Shown: positions 4,059-6,722 of the stretch, piece by piece | Layout of the letters: each line of letters starts with the position of its first letter | How positions within the stretch are numbered: position 1 is the stretch's first letter | Assembly (NCBI GenBank): GCA_022560555.1 | Contig: JADFSZ010000097.1 | Coordinates: 1 to 6,722 of the forward strand | Source of the DNA: PVC group bacterium | Lineage (GTDB): Bacteria; GCA-001730085; JADFSZ01 | Reading direction: 5' to 3' | DNA: 6,722 bases | Notes under the pieces: model-generated | What the model saw: the letters and a program-made list of their open reading frames with translations, nothing else | Database searches by the model: none | Told to the model about the DNA's origin: nothing | Position numbers and translations under genes: made by a program

Positions 4059-6500
4059 ATGAGGAACTCAACCGGAGCTTCTCTCATGGCGGCCATCGTC
4101 ATCATGGTTCTAATAGCCACTTTGGGAGGCACGTTTACATTTCTGATGTCCACGCATTATCGGGCTTTGCCGCTCGATACAGACTTCGCCCAAGCCAACA
4201 GCATCGCACATGCGGGAGTGGAGTGGACCTTAAAAAATCTCATTCCGACTGCGAGTCCCATCCCATTTGCCGGAGGGACATTCAGTGTGACTCAAGATGG
4301 AAACGTATTTACGGTTACCGCACGTCATGGATCTGCCCGTGTCATTTTTACGGTGTCGCCTCCAGCGGTTCTGAGCCTCATCCTCATACCTTCTAACGGA
4401 CCAACAGGAACACTTCTTACGATTCAGGGGCAGGGATTTCAATCAAATGAAACCCTCAACTTAGCCAGCTCGAAATATGGAACGGAACCTCCTGTGCTTT
4501 TGATCAATCTTACCGACACGGGAACATTTGCCGGGGATTCCATATCCGGCACGAACAATGAACTCGTCACAACGGACACAATCGGAAATTTTGAAGTGAC
4601 ATGGGTTGTGACATGGATCACGGATCCCGGGGGAGTGTCGGTCCCCTATGAAATTGATTCCGCCAATGGAACCTCGGACCCGAGTTCGGTTGTCTTCACC
4701 GTAACCCAAGATCCGAGTTATGTCATATTGATTTCGCCCATTTTTGGGTATCCGGGCACAATACTCACTATCACGGGTTTTAACTTATCGGCAAGTACCA
4801 CTTACAACCTTGAAGATGGATTTGGAACCCGTTTAACAACGTTTACGGATGTGGATAACGGAACCTATGATGGCGATGCTGTGGGCGGTCCATCCAATCG
4901 AGATATTACAACAGATATTTCGGGTGGATTTCAAATCACATGGCGGGCCAATCAAGAACCAACAGCAGACTTTGGTGATACCATTGATATCCGGGGAGGT
5001 GGCTTTACGGCCGGGTTTCTTTTTACAGCTTTACGCCCCCTTCTCACATTAACTCCGTCATCCGTGGAAGAAGACGACACCATGCTCGTCCGAGGTGATG
5101 GCTTTTACAGAAACAATGCTGCAGAAACAGGTTTTCGTATGGATTATGACTCGGGTCCTGACCGGCTTGAAAATATGTTGGATACATCCACATTTTTCGG
5201 CGATAGTATTTCCGGCGGAGCCAATGATCGTGTCAATGCAAATGCGGACGGTAAATTTGAATTTGTTTGGACGGTTAATTCATCGAACCTTAGAAAGGGA
5301 TCAACCATCTCGTCCGGAACCCACAATATCGATAAAAAAGGCGGCGGTCAAGATCCGGCCGCGGCTGAATTTACGTTTACTAAACCCGGCGTTATTCGTC
5401 AGCTGACAATAGCCATTACAGGAGAAGTACAAGCCCTTCAAGTTGGATTCTTGAATGACGATTCCGGGGACACGCAGTTTCCGGATGTGGCCATTGGGAC
5501 AAAAACAGGCAAAAATTCCGGCAGGGTTGAGATTTGGCTCAATACCGCGGATGAAACCGGTAACATCACGTCTCATAGCACATTCACTGCGAACAACAGT
5601 GTCAATGCCCTAGCTCTTTCAGCCATTCAAGGGGGTGATACCGACGACGATATCATGGTCGGGAACAACGCTAAGGGATCCAATGCCATTGAAATTTGGA
5701 TCAATGATGGGACAGGAACTTTTACAGAAGATAACAACAGTCCTTACAATGCCAATAAAAAAGTTCTTGCGGTAACCCATGCCGACATGGATGGTGACGA
5801 TACGGATGATCTGATCTATGGGGACGATGATAAGAAAATTACGGTCCGACTTCATACGGGGAATGCTGATTTTGGCTCCGCATTAACAGTGTCACTTAAT
5901 AAAAAACCCTTAGCCCTTGCGGCAGGCAATATCTCTGAAGACACAAATGGAGACATAGATATTATGGCTGGCACTGATGATAAAAACGGCGAAATTAAAG
6001 TGACCGAAAACGATGGCGCGGGAAATCTCAGTGAGGAAAGCAGCAGCCCCTACAATACCTCCGGTAAACAGGTGCGAGCCATAGATGCGGGTGATATGAA
6101 TGCGGACGGATTTATTGATATCGTTGTTGGGACACGCAACGGAGCTGCGAATCGCGAAATCGAAGTCTGGCTCAACAATGGAGATGGGACTTTTACGAAG
6201 GATGATGATTATGAAATTGCATTAAAAATTAATGCATTGAAGCTTGGAGACATAGATAATGATGGTGACTTGGACGTAGTTATTGGCGTTGAAATCCCGG
6301 GAAACACGGGGCAGGTGGAAGTATGGCTGAACGATGGCAGCGGAAATCTTACAGAAGACACGAACAGCCCCTTTGCGGTCGATGGGAAAGTCCTTGCTCT
6401 TGATCTTGGCGATATGGATCAAGATGATACAATCGATATCGTGGCAGGAACAAAAACAGGAGGATCAACAGGCAATATTGTCATTTTATTTTTAGATTAA
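4059..6500 (+). CDS. Large secreted or pilus-associated protein: PilX/GspK-like hydrophobic N-terminus, 3 IPT/TIG-like modules, and a seven-blade FG-GAP/VCBS beta-propeller
   Basis: 813-aa uninterrupted ORF. Residues 1-60 include TGASLMAAIVIMVLIATLGGTFTFLMS followed by AQANSIAHAGVEW. Residues ~103-443 hold three ~110-aa modules opening with IPT-like LILIPSNGPTGTLLTIQGQGF, ILISPIFGYPGTILTITGFNL and LTLTPSSVEEDDTMLVRGDGF. Residues ~444-813 hold seven repeats of the type GDIDNDGDLDVVIG...GQVEVWLNDGSGNLTE. I saw no cysteine on reading; the protein is rich in D, T, G and N. An alternative start exists at the ATG at 4086. Confidence 0.85.
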   Translation: MRNSTGASLMAAIVIMVLIATLGGTFTFLMSTHYRALPLDTDFAQANSIAHAGVEWTLKNLIPTASPIPFAGGTFSVTQDGNVFTVTARHGSARVIFTVSPPAVLSLILIPSNGPTGTLLTIQGQGFQSNETLNLASSKYGTEPPVLLINLTDTGTFAGDSISGTNNELVTTDTIGNFEVTWVVTWITDPGGVSVPYEIDSANGTSDPSSVVFTVTQDPSYVILISPIFGYPGTILTITGFNLSASTTYNLEDGFGTRLTTFTDVDNGTYDGDAVGGPSNRDITTDISGGFQITWRANQEPTADFGDTIDIRGGGFTAGFLFTALRPLLTLTPSSVEEDDTMLVRGDGFYRNNAAETGFRMDYDSGPDRLENMLDTSTFFGDSISGGANDRVNANADGKFEFVWTVNSSNLRKGSTISSGTHNIDKKGGGQDPAAAEFTFTKPGVIRQLTIAITGEVQALQVGFLNDDSGDTQFPDVAIGTKTGKNSGRVEIWLNTADETGNITSHSTFTANNSVNALALSAIQGGDTDDDIMVGNNAKGSNAIEIWINDGTGTFTEDNNSPYNANKKVLAVTHADMDGDDTDDLIYGDDDKKITVRLHTGNADFGSALTVSLNKKPLALAAGNISEDTNGDIDIMAGTDDKNGEIKVTENDGAGNLSEESSSPYNTSGKQVRAIDAGDMNADGFIDIVVGTRNGAANREIEVWLNNGDGTFTKDDDYEIALKINALKLGDIDNDGDLDVVIGVEIPGNTGQVEVWLNDGSGNLTEDTNSPFAVDGKVLALDLGDMDQDDTIDIVAGTKTGGSTGNIVILFLD

Positions 6501-6527
6501 TACTTGCAGCTCATGACACCATGCTCA

Positions 6528-6722
6528 TCACCGGCCCCGCGCCCAGACAAACACATGTACATCTTTGGCCGAGGATTGTTTCAATGTTTTCGCACACTCG
6601 TTGAGAGTACTTCCTGTTGTCATGACATCATCCACGATAAGAATCGTTTTTCCGGCAACAACATTTTTTTGGGGCACGTCAAAAGCGCCCTGAATCACAG
6701 AAATGCGTTCATGTTTATTTAA
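6528..6722 (-). CDS. comF: ComF-family protein / type I phosphoribosyltransferase-fold protein, C-terminal 64 codons; the 5' end runs off the right edge
   Basis: This ORF is absent from the supplied track because the window truncates it. The reverse complement from 6722 reads LNKHERISVIQGAFDVPQKNVVAGKTILIVDDVMTTGSTLNECAKTLKQSSAKDVHVFVWARGR, ending at a TGA stop (6530..6528). The R..N..GAF...GK.ILIVDDV.TTG.T pattern is the ComFC/PRTase C-terminal signature. Confidence 0.8.
   Translation of the reverse strand, partial: LNKHERISVIQGAFDVPQKNVVAGKTILIVDDVMTTGSTLNECAKTLKQSSAKDVHVFVWARGR

Noticed and set aside
4059-4148. Canonical type IV prepilin signal (G|F-T-L-I-E)
   Set aside because: There is no Phe at +1 and no Glu at +5, so the protein is not a classical major pilin. 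Only the PilX/GspK-like Glu-less class fits, and even that rests on motif recognition.
4230-6422. Minus-strand and out-of-frame ORFs of 60-103 aa inside the 813-aa gene
   Set aside because: The long plus-strand frame has clear domain and repeat structure throughout. The overlapping ORFs lack any motif and are best explained by chance.
4059-6500. The large gene as part of a mobile or horizontally acquired island, or as an Rhs/toxin delivery protein
   Set aside because: No integrase, transposase, tRNA or flanking inverted or direct repeats are visible, and I see no obvious compositional break by eye. The protein ends immediately after propeller blade 7, with no Rhs/YD repeats or C-terminal toxin or immunity pair.
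4059-6500. Many N-x-S/T sequons (about 13) as evidence of N-glycosylation
   Set aside because: The protein is rich in N, S and T, so that many sequons are expected by chance. No glycosylation machinery appears in the window.
6504-6722. 72-aa plus-strand ORF from the supplied track
   Set aside because: The opposite strand over the same bases encodes a clean ComF/PRTase C-terminus (GKTILIVDDVMTTGSTL). The plus-strand ORF has no recognisable features and is a shadow ORF.

Overview
All calls come from reading and hand-translating the sequence; no database or HMM search was run. The window holds six co-directional housekeeping genes on the minus strand, followed by one large plus-strand gene and a convergent minus-strand gene fragment. 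The minus-strand genes, in transcription order, are yggS (PLP-binding protein), proC, yggT, a DUF167/yggU-like gene, mtnP (MTA phosphorylase), and the 5' part of ileS. The ileS fragment runs off the left edge and is missing from the supplied ORF track. A 99-bp divergent promoter region separates this string from an 813-aa plus-strand ORF (4059-6500). The C-terminal end of a ComF-family phosphoribosyltransferase gene converges on that ORF at the right edge and is also missing from the ORF track. Two things stand out. First, the 813-aa protein has an unusual architecture: a PilX/GspK-class pseudopilin-like hydrophobic N-terminus, then three paralogous IPT/TIG-like Ig modules, then a complete seven-blade FG-GAP/VCBS propeller rich in DxDxDG-type acidic loops. 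This suggests a single-chain type IV pilus or pseudopilus tip adhesin, functionally analogous to PilY1, sitting with no other pil genes in view. Second, both of the longer intergenic gaps in the minus-strand gene string (851-902 and 3178-3272) consist almost entirely of in-phase tandem heptanucleotide repeats. These repeats run into the 3' ends of mtnP and yggS and supply their stop codons. The larger array is arranged as two mutually inverted half-arrays. No CRISPR array, tRNA, rRNA, transposase or integrase is visible.
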